Source: a bacterium (lineage in GTDB: Bacteria; Elusimicrobiota; Elusimicrobia; Elusimicrobiales; UBA9959). Taken from it: a stretch of DNA of 64,000 nucleotides. This document shows positions 9,024 through 18,547 of this stretch, piece after piece. Position numbers and translations under genes: made by a program. Positions within the stretch are counted from its first letter, which is position 1; each line of letters begins with the position of its first letter. The DNA lies in the NCBI GenBank assembly GCA_021789695.1, contig JAJYJH010000009.1:1750-65749 (forward strand), written 5' to 3'. Under the pieces are notes generated by a model that ran no database searches, was not told where the DNA came from, and worked only from the letters and a program-made list of their open reading frames with translations.

Positions 9024-9047
9024 CCCTACTGACAAAAAGAGGAGAAC

Positions 9048-9851
9048 ATGAGACATCACTTTATGAGCTGGTTTACGGGATCGGTACTGGCGTTCGCCGC
9101 CGCGGCCCAGCCTGCCGCGGCCCAGCTCTCCCCGAACCCCGTCACAGGGGCAATCGGAGACCTGGGCCATATAGCCACCTCCCCGTCCCGTATGGACAGC
9201 TCCGACGCCTACCGGCTGGCCGCGATAATTGGCGCCGGCGCGCTGTTCTATTCACTGGACGGCAACATACGCAGCGAAGTTCTGCGCAACCATACCAGCG
9301 CGCTGAACCATCTCTCTGACAAAATCCAGAACCTGGGCAACGGCGGCGTTGACATAGCCATCACCGGGGCCGGCTGGCTGGCCGGCAAGGCCTTTTCCGA
9401 CGACAAGCTGTCCAGGACGTCGCTGCTGGCGGCCGAGTCCTTCCTGGCGGCCAACGGCGTAGGCTCGGTGGCAAAGATTGTGATAGGACGCTCCCGGCCC
9501 TATACCGGAGACGGCAAGGGCACCTTCCACCCTTTCACGCTGAAGTCGTCCCGCATGTCGTTCCCGTCCGGGCACACCACCAGCGCCTTCTCGGTGGCCT
9601 CGGTCTACGCCTACTGTTATTCGGACTCCCCGGCGGTGGTGTTCTCCGCCTATGGTCTGGCCGGCCTGGTGGCGCTGCAGCGGGTCTACGCCAACAAGCA
9701 CTGGACTTCCGACGTCTTCTTTGGCTCCGTCCTGGGGACGGCGGTAGGCCGGATGGTAGCCGCCAAAGGCATGGAAAAGCCCGGGGCCACGGCCCTGCTG
9801 CCGGTGATAGGACCTGGCTATTCGGGCATGGAAGCGAAGTTCAGCTTTTGA
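9048..9851 (+). CDS. PAP2-family phosphatase
   Basis: KIVIGRSRP, SFPSGH, QRVYANKHWTSD; signal peptide. Confidence 0.9.
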   Translation: MRHHFMSWFTGSVLAFAAAAQPAAAQLSPNPVTGAIGDLGHIATSPSRMDSSDAYRLAAIIGAGALFYSLDGNIRSEVLRNHTSALNHLSDKIQNLGNGGVDIAITGAGWLAGKAFSDDKLSRTSLLAAESFLAANGVGSVAKIVIGRSRPYTGDGKGTFHPFTLKSSRMSFPSGHTTSAFSVASVYAYCYSDSPAVVFSAYGLAGLVALQRVYANKHWTSDVFFGSVLGTAVGRMVAAKGMEKPGATALLPVIGPGYSGMEAKFSF

Positions 9852-9865
9852 CTGGAGCGACGAGG

Positions 9866-11461
9866 ATGAAACGCTGGACAAAGTTCCTGGTGATGCCGGC
9901 GCTGCTGACGGCCTACGCCGTGCTCCGGGATTTCACCTCCGTCTTCGAGAACGACGAGCTGCAGCACCTGCACGTGGTCTGGAGCTGGACCCGCGGCCTT
10001 ACGCAGTATAAGGACATCTTCGACAACCACACTCCGCTCTACCACCTGCTGACCGCGGGGCTGGTCTCTCTGCTGGGGCTCAAGGCGTCGCCGTCTTTCG
10101 TCACGGAAGCCAGACTTCTGTCCCTGCCGGTCTTCGCGGCGACCCTTGCCATAGCCTACAGATTGCTGAAGAACGCCTTCTCGCTGGAGGCGGAAGAGGC
10201 GCTGGCGGCGGCCTGCCTGCTGGGACTGGTCTCTCCGTTCCTGGCTCTGGCGGCCAGGCCCGAGCCGCTCTGGCTCTTCTTCTTTTTCCTGAGCCTGCTT
10301 GTCCTCTCGCGCAAGGAACTCGGGCTTAAGGAAGGTTTATACGCCGGGCTGATAAACGGGGCGGGGGCCGTAGTCTCGCTGAAGACGCTGGTGCTGCTGC
10401 TGCCGGCGCAACTGCTGGCTCTTGGAGTTTCTGGCCTGCTACGCAGGGAGCGCAATGTCGGCTGGAAGTTCCTCTCCGGGCTGGCCGCCGGGCTTCCGGC
10501 GGCACCGCTCCTGGTGGCCGCCTATTTCAACGGCAGGGACGCCTTCAGAGAACTGCTCTACTACACCGTAACCTACAACGCTTCCGGAGCGCCCTTCCAT
10601 CTTTCCTCCGCCCGCGCGGCGGAAGCGGCGCTTTACGCAACGGCATTATTCTTGGCCCTGAGGCTCCTTTCCCGCAGGGTAGGCCGCGCGGCGCTGTTCT
10701 ACGCCGCCTCCGCGCTGCTGCTGGGACTCCTCTTTCTGCTCTACCCCGTAATGGAAAGCCAGACCATGCTGCCGTTACGGCTGCTGCTGTACGGAGCCGC
10801 CGCCGCCCTGCTGATCAGGTATGGCGGCAGGGCGCTTCCGCCCCGGGCCCGCGGTGCGGGGGTTCTGGCCCTATTCGCCGCCGTGCTGGTTTTCCAGCTC
10901 TGGAATACCCAGGCTCTGACGGACGTAAACTTGGGGCAGAAGGCCTACATAAGGCGCATCCTCCGCCTGGCCGCCCCCGAGGATTACGTGATGGACGCCA
11001 AGGGGGAATCGATATTCGGGCGCAGGCCGTTCTATTACGGTCTCGAGCTGCTGGCGCAGCGACGCATGGCGGCGGGACAGATATCGGACAGCATACCGGC
11101 GGCGATGAAGCGCACGGCGACGAAACTGCTGCTGCTGTGGTACCCCGGCAGGTTCACTCCCGCGGATATACGGTTCTTCCGGGCTAATTATCTGCCGCTG
11201 CCGCCGCCTTACGGCAACCTGTGGGCGGCTGGCAGAACGGTGGAGCCAGGGCCGGCCGGGCGCGCGGCCCTTTTCGACATAGAGATCCCGGCCGACTACT
11301 CGGCCTCCTGCGCTGGAGGCGGGGCCTTCTCTATCGACGGTAAAAAGTACTCCGGTCGGCCCGTCCGGCTGGCCGCCGGCCGCCACAGCGCCGCCGCGGG
11401 GAAGAGCTGCGGCAAGATTACGCTGATTTGGGCGAAAGCCGCGGAGGGAGCCGGGGCATGA
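9866..11461 (+). CDS. ArnT/GT-C-fold membrane glycosyltransferase
   Basis: NDELQHLH acidic motif after TM1, YKDIFDNHTPL, many TMs, soluble C-terminal domain. Confidence 0.65.
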   Translation: MKRWTKFLVMPALLTAYAVLRDFTSVFENDELQHLHVVWSWTRGLTQYKDIFDNHTPLYHLLTAGLVSLLGLKASPSFVTEARLLSLPVFAATLAIAYRLLKNAFSLEAEEALAAACLLGLVSPFLALAARPEPLWLFFFFLSLLVLSRKELGLKEGLYAGLINGAGAVVSLKTLVLLLPAQLLALGVSGLLRRERNVGWKFLSGLAAGLPAAPLLVAAYFNGRDAFRELLYYTVTYNASGAPFHLSSARAAEAALYATALFLALRLLSRRVGRAALFYAASALLLGLLFLLYPVMESQTMLPLRLLLYGAAAALLIRYGGRALPPRARGAGVLALFAAVLVFQLWNTQALTDVNLGQKAYIRRILRLAAPEDYVMDAKGESIFGRRPFYYGLELLAQRRMAAGQISDSIPAAMKRTATKLLLLWYPGRFTPADIRFFRANYLPLPPPYGNLWAAGRTVEPGPAGRAALFDIEIPADYSASCAGGGAFSIDGKKYSGRPVRLAAGRHSAAAGKSCGKITLIWAKAAEGAGA

Positions 11462-13224
11462 GGCTCCTGAACGGATCGGACCGGGTGCTGGTCGTAGCCC
11501 CTCACCCGGACGACGAGGCCCTCGCCGCCGGCGGGCTGCTCGCGCAGGCGGCCGGGGAAGGAGCGGCCATAAAGGTCGTCTTCCTCACCAACGGAGAGGC
11601 GAACACGCTGGGCCATATACGGTGGAAGAAGCGCCTTTTCATAACGCCGGAGCAGGTTCAGCAGTACGGCCGAGAGAGGCAGGAGGAGGCGCGTAGGGCG
11701 GCCGCCCTGCTAGACGGGGCGGAAACCGAGTTCTGGGGGTACTGTGACCTGGGCCTTTTCGAGCTGCTGGCCGAGGGCGACGAGGAGCCGCTCTCCCGCC
11801 TGGCGGCGCTGATAAAGGATTGGCGTCCCACCGTCATATTCTATCCTTCCACGCTGGACCTCCATCGGGACCACAACGCAGTTTCGCTGATGACGGAATT
11901 CGCGCTAAACAGGCTGGGCCCGGCGGCGGCCGGCATAAGAAAACTCAGGTACGTGAACCACGGCGCGGGCCGCTGCGGGGAAAGCGTATGGGACGCGCCC
12001 GCTGACCTTTCCGGGACCGGCGCGGACAAGAAGCTGGCCCTGCTTAAAACCTACGCCAGCCAGTTCGCTCTGCACGGCGGGGCCTGGCGCTCCGCCTCCC
12101 GCCGCACAGAGCGCTTCATCTCGGCCGCCGGCAGGGACTCCGCTCCGGAATTCCGCCACGAGTTCTCCGGTCCCCGGCTCCTGTGGGCGTTCTCGTCCTT
12201 GCGTCCCTCGCGCCTCAACACCCCGGCGCTGTACATTATCGGCGCCGATCCCTTTGGCGTAAAAAGGTGCTTTTACGGCCGCCTGAAGCACGCCAGGCGT
12301 ATGCGGCTGCGCGAATTCGGCGGCAGGGTCCCGAATTCGGACGCGCAGGTGCAGGTACTCTACGGGGCCGCCGGCTGCTATCTGAAGCTGCCGCGCGAAT
12401 TGTTCGAGGGCTGCGACCGCGTCTATATAAAGGCCAGGCGCAAGCTCTCCTTCTTCGACGACTCCGGCTTCTCCGAGATAAGGCTGCGCGAGCCGGCGCG
12501 CCCGGAGCCGCGTACTGCCGTAGTGATTCCCTGCTACAACATCGCCGGGCAGGCCGCGGAGGCCGCCAGGCGGGCTCTGCCGCACGCCGACTCCGTGATA
12601 GCGGTTGACGACGGCTCGCAAGACGGCACCTCCCAGGCGCTTGGCGGCCTGAAAGTTTCCGCCAGCGCCGCGCATCTGGAGTTGCTGCGGTTGGAGCGCA
12701 ACTCGGGAAAAGGCGCTGCCTTGGCGGCCGGTTTCGCGCGGGCTCTGCAGGCGGAGCCGCCGTTCGACCTCATCCTTGCCATGGACGGGGACCTCCAGCA
12801 TCACCCAGAAGACATACCGCGCTTCAGGCTGGCCTGGCGGGACGGGGCGGATTTCATAGCCGGGCGCAGGGCCTTCAGGATGGACGCCCCGCTGCGCAGC
12901 CGCTTGGGCAACAGGTTCATCAACTGGCTGGCCGCCAGGCTGTATCCCAACGCGGTCGCTGACACCCAGTCCGGATTCAGGGGCTTCGGCAGGGAGCTGC
13001 TGAGGGAACTGCTTAAGGACGGGGAGCGCGGTCGCGGAAGATACGAGGCGGAGCTTTCCGCCCTGATAGCCGTTATGACCAGGAACACGCGCGTCATAGA
13101 ACTGGATATCCCCGCCATATATCTGGACAGGAACAGGACCTCCCATTTCAGGCCGGTCGCGGACTCCGCGCGCATAGTACTGACCCTGTTGAAGCACCGC
13201 CTACTGCATGGGGGGGCCAGGTGA
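11458..13224 (+). CDS. Fusion of PIG-L/LmbE de-N-acetylase and GT2 polyprenol-phosphate glycosyltransferase
   Basis: N-terminal APHPDDE and DLHRDH; C-terminal VVIPCYN, VDDGSQDGT, NSGKGAAL, MDGDLQH, DTQSGFR in one continuous frame. Confidence 0.88.
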   Translation: MRLLNGSDRVLVVAPHPDDEALAAGGLLAQAAGEGAAIKVVFLTNGEANTLGHIRWKKRLFITPEQVQQYGRERQEEARRAAALLDGAETEFWGYCDLGLFELLAEGDEEPLSRLAALIKDWRPTVIFYPSTLDLHRDHNAVSLMTEFALNRLGPAAAGIRKLRYVNHGAGRCGESVWDAPADLSGTGADKKLALLKTYASQFALHGGAWRSASRRTERFISAAGRDSAPEFRHEFSGPRLLWAFSSLRPSRLNTPALYIIGADPFGVKRCFYGRLKHARRMRLREFGGRVPNSDAQVQVLYGAAGCYLKLPRELFEGCDRVYIKARRKLSFFDDSGFSEIRLREPARPEPRTAVVIPCYNIAGQAAEAARRALPHADSVIAVDDGSQDGTSQALGGLKVSASAAHLELLRLERNSGKGAALAAGFARALQAEPPFDLILAMDGDLQHHPEDIPRFRLAWRDGADFIAGRRAFRMDAPLRSRLGNRFINWLAARLYPNAVADTQSGFRGFGRELLRELLKDGERGRGRYEAELSALIAVMTRNTRVIELDIPAIYLDRNRTSHFRPVADSARIVLTLLKHRLLHGGAR

Positions 13225-14243
13225 AAGGGCGCCTCTCCATCGCCGCGGGCCTCCTGGTGGGGCTGCTTTTAATCTGGCTGGCCTTCAAAGGAGTGGACGT
13301 CTCGCGGCTGCCGCGCATAGTCGCGCGCGCGGACCTGGCCGTGGTATTCCCGGTCTTTCTTGTCACTATGCTGGAGCTCTTCTTTAGGAGCCTGCGCTGG
13401 AAGCTGCTGCTGGCACCGTCGAAACCGGTGAAGCTGCGCGACGCCATACGCCTGGAATCCGCCGCGCTGGCGCTCAGCAACATACTGCCGCTGCGGCTGG
13501 GCGAGGCCGCGAGAGGCACCTACGGAGCAGCCCTGTTCGAACTACCCATGTCGACGGTCTTCTCCAGCATGCTGGTTGAACGGGCCATGGACGCCGCGGT
13601 CCTCACGCTGCTCTTCCTGCTGGCCGCAGCGTTCGACGGCGGCGCGGGCGGGCCCGGTATTCCGGGGTGGGTGTGGGTGCTTCCGACCGCCCTGGCGGCG
13701 GCCATAGCAGCGCTGGCCTTCGCCGAAAAAACCGGCGGCGCCGCGCTGTACCGCGCCCTCCGCGCCCGGTTCCCGCGCTTCGCCGCGTCCCTCCGGCGCC
13801 TGCCCGAGGGGGCGGCCGCTTTCCGGAAGCCCGGCCCGGCGGCGGCCGTGACGGCCCTGGCGGTGCTTCAATGGCTGATGGACGCCCTCAACCTTTATCT
13901 CATAGCCGGGGCCTTCGGGATAGCCGGGGCCATCGGCGCGGCCAGGAGCGTGGAGTTGCTTTTTACCAGCGCCGTGGCGGTATCAATCCCCGGAGTACCG
14001 GGCTATTTCGGCAACCTGGAATTCGCCGTTTCAAAGGTGGCCGCGGCCTGGGGCGTGCCGGCCGACACCGCTTTCGCCTACGCGGCTTTCTCTCACCTCC
14101 TCAACTACCTGATATTCACGGGGGTAGGGCTTATCTTCGTATATGGAATGGGACAATCCCTTGGACACGTCTGGGCCCGCTTCGGAAAGAGCGGCGCCGA
14201 AGGCGAGCCGGCCCTGGTACCTGGGCCAAGGAGACAAAAATGA
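13221..14243 (+). CDS. Lysylphosphatidylglycerol-synthase-TM / flippase-like membrane protein
   Basis: RSLRWKLLL, NILPLRLGE, LVERAMD, PGVPGYFGNLE motifs; GTGA overlap with the upstream gene. Confidence 0.85.
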   Translation: MKGRLSIAAGLLVGLLLIWLAFKGVDVSRLPRIVARADLAVVFPVFLVTMLELFFRSLRWKLLLAPSKPVKLRDAIRLESAALALSNILPLRLGEAARGTYGAALFELPMSTVFSSMLVERAMDAAVLTLLFLLAAAFDGGAGGPGIPGWVWVLPTALAAAIAALAFAEKTGGAALYRALRARFPRFAASLRRLPEGAAAFRKPGPAAAVTALAVLQWLMDALNLYLIAGAFGIAGAIGAARSVELLFTSAVAVSIPGVPGYFGNLEFAVSKVAAAWGVPADTAFAYAAFSHLLNYLIFTGVGLIFVYGMGQSLGHVWARFGKSGAEGEPALVPGPRRQK

Positions 14244-15466
14244 GGCTTAATACCGTAGTGTCGATCGTGGCGATTCTCTTGTTCGCCGCAGGAGGGGCAC
14301 GGGCCGCAGACCTGAAGGAATGCCTGACGATGGCGACCGATAACAGCCCCGGGGTCAGGTCCTACGAAGAAAAACTTTCCGCCTCCATATCGGCCCAGAA
14401 AAGCGCTAAAAGATCGCTGCTCCCCGCACTCTCCGTCTCCGGAGATGACGGCTATTCCACCTATTCACGGGACTCGGGCCTGGACAACGGCATGACCGGG
14501 ACGCTGGGAGCCCAGTTGAACTGGGACCTGCCCAAAGTGCTGGCCGGCTACCAGCGCTTGGCCGGGCTGGAAACCGACAAGTCGCGCCTGCTGCTGGACA
14601 TAGCCAAGCGGACGCTGGCGCGCGACGTGGAGAAGGACTATTACAACCTGCACATACTTGCCGCAAAGAAGGCCGACTACGCGGAGGCCAAGGCCTACTT
14701 CCTTACCCACATAGCTTCGATAGAGGAACTAGGCGAACGCGGAGTGGACGTAAAACTGGACCTGCTTCACGCCAATATGCAGCTGCGCTCGCTCGGCGTG
14801 ACGGCCGACGGGGTGGAAACGGAACTAAAAAACGCGCTGACGTCCCTGAACTCGGCCACCGGCGGCGATTTTAATGATGGCGACTTCCCGTTCAAGGACA
14901 TACCGGTCCCCGTAGCCGGCCCCGTCCCGCAGGGACTAGCCGCTACGGCGCCGGAAACCAGGATGAACGACTTGGAGCTGAAGACCGCGGAGGAGAACTA
15001 CCGCCAGAGCGGCTTTTTCTACGCGCCCACGCTTAACTTCGGAGTGAATAAAGCCATTACCCCGATAGACCCGGCCACGGAACGCACGCGCACCTTCCTT
15101 GGCGTGACCTTGGACGTCTTCGATTTCGGCAGGCACATAGCCGACCGCAAAAGCCTGCTGGCGGAGCGCGAGGCGCAGCGGGCCGCCAACATCGAGAACC
15201 TGCGAAGGCTCAGGCTCTACATCGAGACGCTGAGGACCGGCATCGCTAACGCGGCGGCCATCTGCGCCGCGGCCGAAGCCGGTCTCTCCGACGCCGACAA
15301 GGCGATGAAGACGGCCGACGAGTACTACCGCCAGGGCAAGATTAAAGAAACGGACCTGCTGAGCGTGTTCAGCGACTACCTGGCCGCCAAGGAACAGGCG
15401 CGCAACGCCTTGGGGGACTATCTGGACAAGAAGAGCGACATGGACTACATCGAGGGCAACATATGA
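14240..15466 (+). CDS. TolC-family outer-membrane efflux protein
   Basis: ATG 14240 after a GGAG RBS; signal peptide; helical repeats with PALSVSG / PTLNFG strands and YRQG motif. Confidence 0.85.
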   Translation: MRLNTVVSIVAILLFAAGGARAADLKECLTMATDNSPGVRSYEEKLSASISAQKSAKRSLLPALSVSGDDGYSTYSRDSGLDNGMTGTLGAQLNWDLPKVLAGYQRLAGLETDKSRLLLDIAKRTLARDVEKDYYNLHILAAKKADYAEAKAYFLTHIASIEELGERGVDVKLDLLHANMQLRSLGVTADGVETELKNALTSLNSATGGDFNDGDFPFKDIPVPVAGPVPQGLAATAPETRMNDLELKTAEENYRQSGFFYAPTLNFGVNKAITPIDPATERTRTFLGVTLDVFDFGRHIADRKSLLAEREAQRAANIENLRRLRLYIETLRTGIANAAAICAAAEAGLSDADKAMKTADEYYRQGKIKETDLLSVFSDYLAAKEQARNALGDYLDKKSDMDYIEGNI

Positions 15467-18400
15467 TGAGTAAACTGGTAAATTGGCTTGAGAAGAACAG
15501 ACTGGCGCTGGTCTTCACGGCGTTTTTGCTCTGCGCTGCGGGCATCTATTCCTACACGGCGCTGCCTAAGGATGTGTTTCCGAACAGCCAGTTCCCTCGT
15601 TTCAAGGTGATAGCGGATATCGGCTTCGCCTCGCTGGAGACCACGGACGTCAACGTGACTCGGCCGCTCGAAAACGCGCTGAAGACCGTGCCCGGAGTGC
15701 AGGAGGTGCGCTCCGTCACCGAGCGCGGCACCTCCACGATAGACATGTACCTGAAGTGGGGCACAAACCTGGACCAGGCCTATCAATACGCGCAGGCCCG
15801 CATAAGCCAGGTCCGCGCCGAACTGCCTGCCAACGCTTCTATCGACCTGGTCCGCATGAACACCAGCGCTTACCCGATGTCCGAGTACGGCGTCTGGTCC
15901 GACACGCTTACGCTCAAGGAACTATACACCTACGTGCAGTACTACGCCGTGCCGGAACTGATAGGCGCCGATGGCGTCTACAGGCTCGACGTGATAGGCG
16001 GAGAGAAGCCGGAGATTTGGGTGAAGCTGGACCCGAAGAAGGTGGCCGCCTACAATCTGGACGCGACAGTCATAGAGGACGCTATCTCCCAGGCCAACAA
16101 CATTTCCTTCATCGGCACCGTCACCGGTTCCGGGAAGACGCTCTTCGCCGTAGGCGGCACGCGCCTGGCCGGGGTCAAGGACATAGGCTCGGTGGTCATC
16201 GCCACGCGCATGGGACGCCCCATACGGCTGTGCGACGTGGCAAACGTCTCCGACAGCCACGCTGAGGTCCGCCGCCTGGTCACGATAAACGGCCACCCGG
16301 GCCTGTTCGTAGACGTGATGAAGCAGAGCGACGCCGACGGACTTAAGCTCTCGGCCGATCTTGACGCGCGCTTCGCCAAACTCGTGAAGGAGGCCGGCGG
16401 GAAAATCCACGTCTCCAAATGGGACCTCTCGGACTTCGTGCACGGCTCCATCAACGGCATCCTGACCGACATAGCGATGGGCATCCTGATCATCCTGGCC
16501 ATCATCTACTACGTGATGGTGCGCCTGCGCTACTCGCTGCCAATAATGCTGGTGCTGCCTGTTGTGCTGATAGCCGAGTTCCTGGCGATGAAACTGCTTG
16601 GCCAAACCATCAACATTATGACGCTGGGCGGCCTTTCGGCGGCTATAGGCATCATAGCCGACAACGCGATAGTCATCACCGAGAACTACGTGAAGTTCCG
16701 CGAGCAAGGCGACCCCTCTCCGCTGGCTTCTTCGATGCACTACATAGTGCCGATTACGGTCTGGGCCACGCTGGTCAGCATCATAGTGTTCATACCGCTG
16801 AACCTGCTGAGCGGCGTGTCGGGGCTGTTCTTCCGGCCTCTTGCACTGACACTGGCAACTACGATAGCGATTTCGCTCCTTGCCGCGGTCTGCCTGCTGC
16901 CGGTGCTGATCCACTACTTCATAGAGATGAAGGGAAGCCCGGCGCACGGCGAAGAGGAGCGCAAGCTATTCGTACTGCTGAAGAGGGGTTACCTGAAACT
17001 GCTGGACTTCGCGCTGAAGCACGGCAAAACGGTGGCTGCCGGGATACTGCTCCTGCTGGTCGCGGCGGCGTTCATCTTCACCAGAATACCCACCGGCTTC
17101 CTGCCTGAATGGGACGAGGGCGACATCGTCTTTGACTACCTCGCGCCTTCCGGCGCCTCGCTCGCGGCCGTGGACTCCACGATCAAGAAGGTGGAGAAGA
17201 TCCTAGAGGCCATGCCGGAGACGGCGATGTTCGTGCGCAAGACCGGCACGGACATGGGCACCCCTTACGCGCCTCCTAACGAAGGCGAGATAGTGATCCT
17301 GCTGAAGAAGAACAGGAAACGCAGCACGTTCAAGGTGATGGACGACCTCCGCGAAAAAGCCGCGAAGGCCGTGCCGGACCTGGACATGGACCTGCACCAG
17401 ATCTTGCCAGACCGCTTGGGCGACCTGACCGGCAACGTCAAGCCGATCGTCGTGAGCGTGGTAGGCAGCGACCTGGACAAAGCCTTGGGGGCGGCCAGAC
17501 TGATCAAGGCCAGGCTGGACAAAATCCGTGGGCTGAACGGAGTGCACATAGACCTGCCGCCGGCGCAGCCGGAGATAAAGGTGGTCCCGGACCAGGGCCG
17601 GCTCTCGCTGCTGGGCCTCGGCAGCGCCGACGCGTTCCGATATTCTGACCTCGCGTTATACGGAGAGGTCATGACCTCGGTGCAGCGGGGCGTCCAGCCA
17701 GTGCCGGTGCGCGCGATGTACAAGGGCGACTTCCGCGAGGACCAAAAGGACATTCCCGATATACCGGTCTACACTCCCAACGGCGGCGTGCTGCCGCTAG
17801 GCCGTTTCATGAAGTTCAGTATGGAGGACCAGGTGCCGTCCATCAACCACCAGAACGGCTCCATAGCTGTCAGCGTGGACGCCGAGATAGAGGGGCGGGC
17901 CCTCGGCTCGGTCGTCAAGGACGTGAAGGCCGCGCTGGAGCAGGTACCGGCCGGGGATTACAGCGTGCAGCTGGAGGGGAACTACCGGGAGCAGCAGCAG
18001 TCCTTCTCCGAGCTGCTTACGGTGCTGGCCATCTCGATAGTGCTGATACTGACGCTGCTGCTCTATATCTTCGAGTCTTACCGGACGTCGCTGGCCGTCT
18101 TCGCCGGCACGCTGGCCTCTGCCACGTTCGTAATCTTCGGGCTGAAACTCTCGGGGATAGAGTTCGACGTCTCTTCGTTCACCGGTATGATCACGGTGAT
18201 GGGCATAGTGGTCAACAACGGCATCCTGGTGATAGAGTTCGCCGAACGCTACCGCTCCGAGGGTATGAGCCCTATGGAGGCGGTTAAGGCCGCAGGCGAA
18301 CTGCGCTTGCGCCCGGTGCTTATAACGAACCTGGCCGCGATAGCCGGCTTCCTGCCGATGGCGCTCAACATCGGCCGGGGCGGCGAGGTGCTGAGGCCGT

Positions 18401-18507
18401 TCTCGGTGGCGATGATCAGCGGGCTGTTCGGCTCTATGTTCTTCTCATTGATGGTGATACCGGTGTTCTACCTCTTGCTGCACGTGGGGCGCAAGGCCGC
18501 GGATTGA
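15463..18507 (+). CDS. RND efflux permease (AcrB/CusA/CzcA family)
   Basis: 1014 aa; TLGGLSAAIGIIADNAIVITEN, VNNGILVIE, RLRPVLITN, GFLPEWDEG. Confidence 0.93.
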   Translation: MMSKLVNWLEKNRLALVFTAFLLCAAGIYSYTALPKDVFPNSQFPRFKVIADIGFASLETTDVNVTRPLENALKTVPGVQEVRSVTERGTSTIDMYLKWGTNLDQAYQYAQARISQVRAELPANASIDLVRMNTSAYPMSEYGVWSDTLTLKELYTYVQYYAVPELIGADGVYRLDVIGGEKPEIWVKLDPKKVAAYNLDATVIEDAISQANNISFIGTVTGSGKTLFAVGGTRLAGVKDIGSVVIATRMGRPIRLCDVANVSDSHAEVRRLVTINGHPGLFVDVMKQSDADGLKLSADLDARFAKLVKEAGGKIHVSKWDLSDFVHGSINGILTDIAMGILIILAIIYYVMVRLRYSLPIMLVLPVVLIAEFLAMKLLGQTINIMTLGGLSAAIGIIADNAIVITENYVKFREQGDPSPLASSMHYIVPITVWATLVSIIVFIPLNLLSGVSGLFFRPLALTLATTIAISLLAAVCLLPVLIHYFIEMKGSPAHGEEERKLFVLLKRGYLKLLDFALKHGKTVAAGILLLLVAAAFIFTRIPTGFLPEWDEGDIVFDYLAPSGASLAAVDSTIKKVEKILEAMPETAMFVRKTGTDMGTPYAPPNEGEIVILLKKNRKRSTFKVMDDLREKAAKAVPDLDMDLHQILPDRLGDLTGNVKPIVVSVVGSDLDKALGAARLIKARLDKIRGLNGVHIDLPPAQPEIKVVPDQGRLSLLGLGSADAFRYSDLALYGEVMTSVQRGVQPVPVRAMYKGDFREDQKDIPDIPVYTPNGGVLPLGRFMKFSMEDQVPSINHQNGSIAVSVDAEIEGRALGSVVKDVKAALEQVPAGDYSVQLEGNYREQQQSFSELLTVLAISIVLILTLLLYIFESYRTSLAVFAGTLASATFVIFGLKLSGIEFDVSSFTGMITVMGIVVNNGILVIEFAERYRSEGMSPMEAVKAAGELRLRPVLITNLAAIAGFLPMALNIGRGGEVLRPFSVAMISGLFGSMFFSLMVIPVFYLLLHVGRKAAD

Positions 18508-18547
18508 CAGCTTGTATTTGGCGCGTGGTTATAAAGGGGAGGAGCCG

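Noticed and set aside
13667-14239. 599-aa ORF suggesting a long N-terminal extension on TolC
   Set aside because: The extension is an off-frame read of the flippase-like gene; a signal peptide and RBS begin at ATG 14240.
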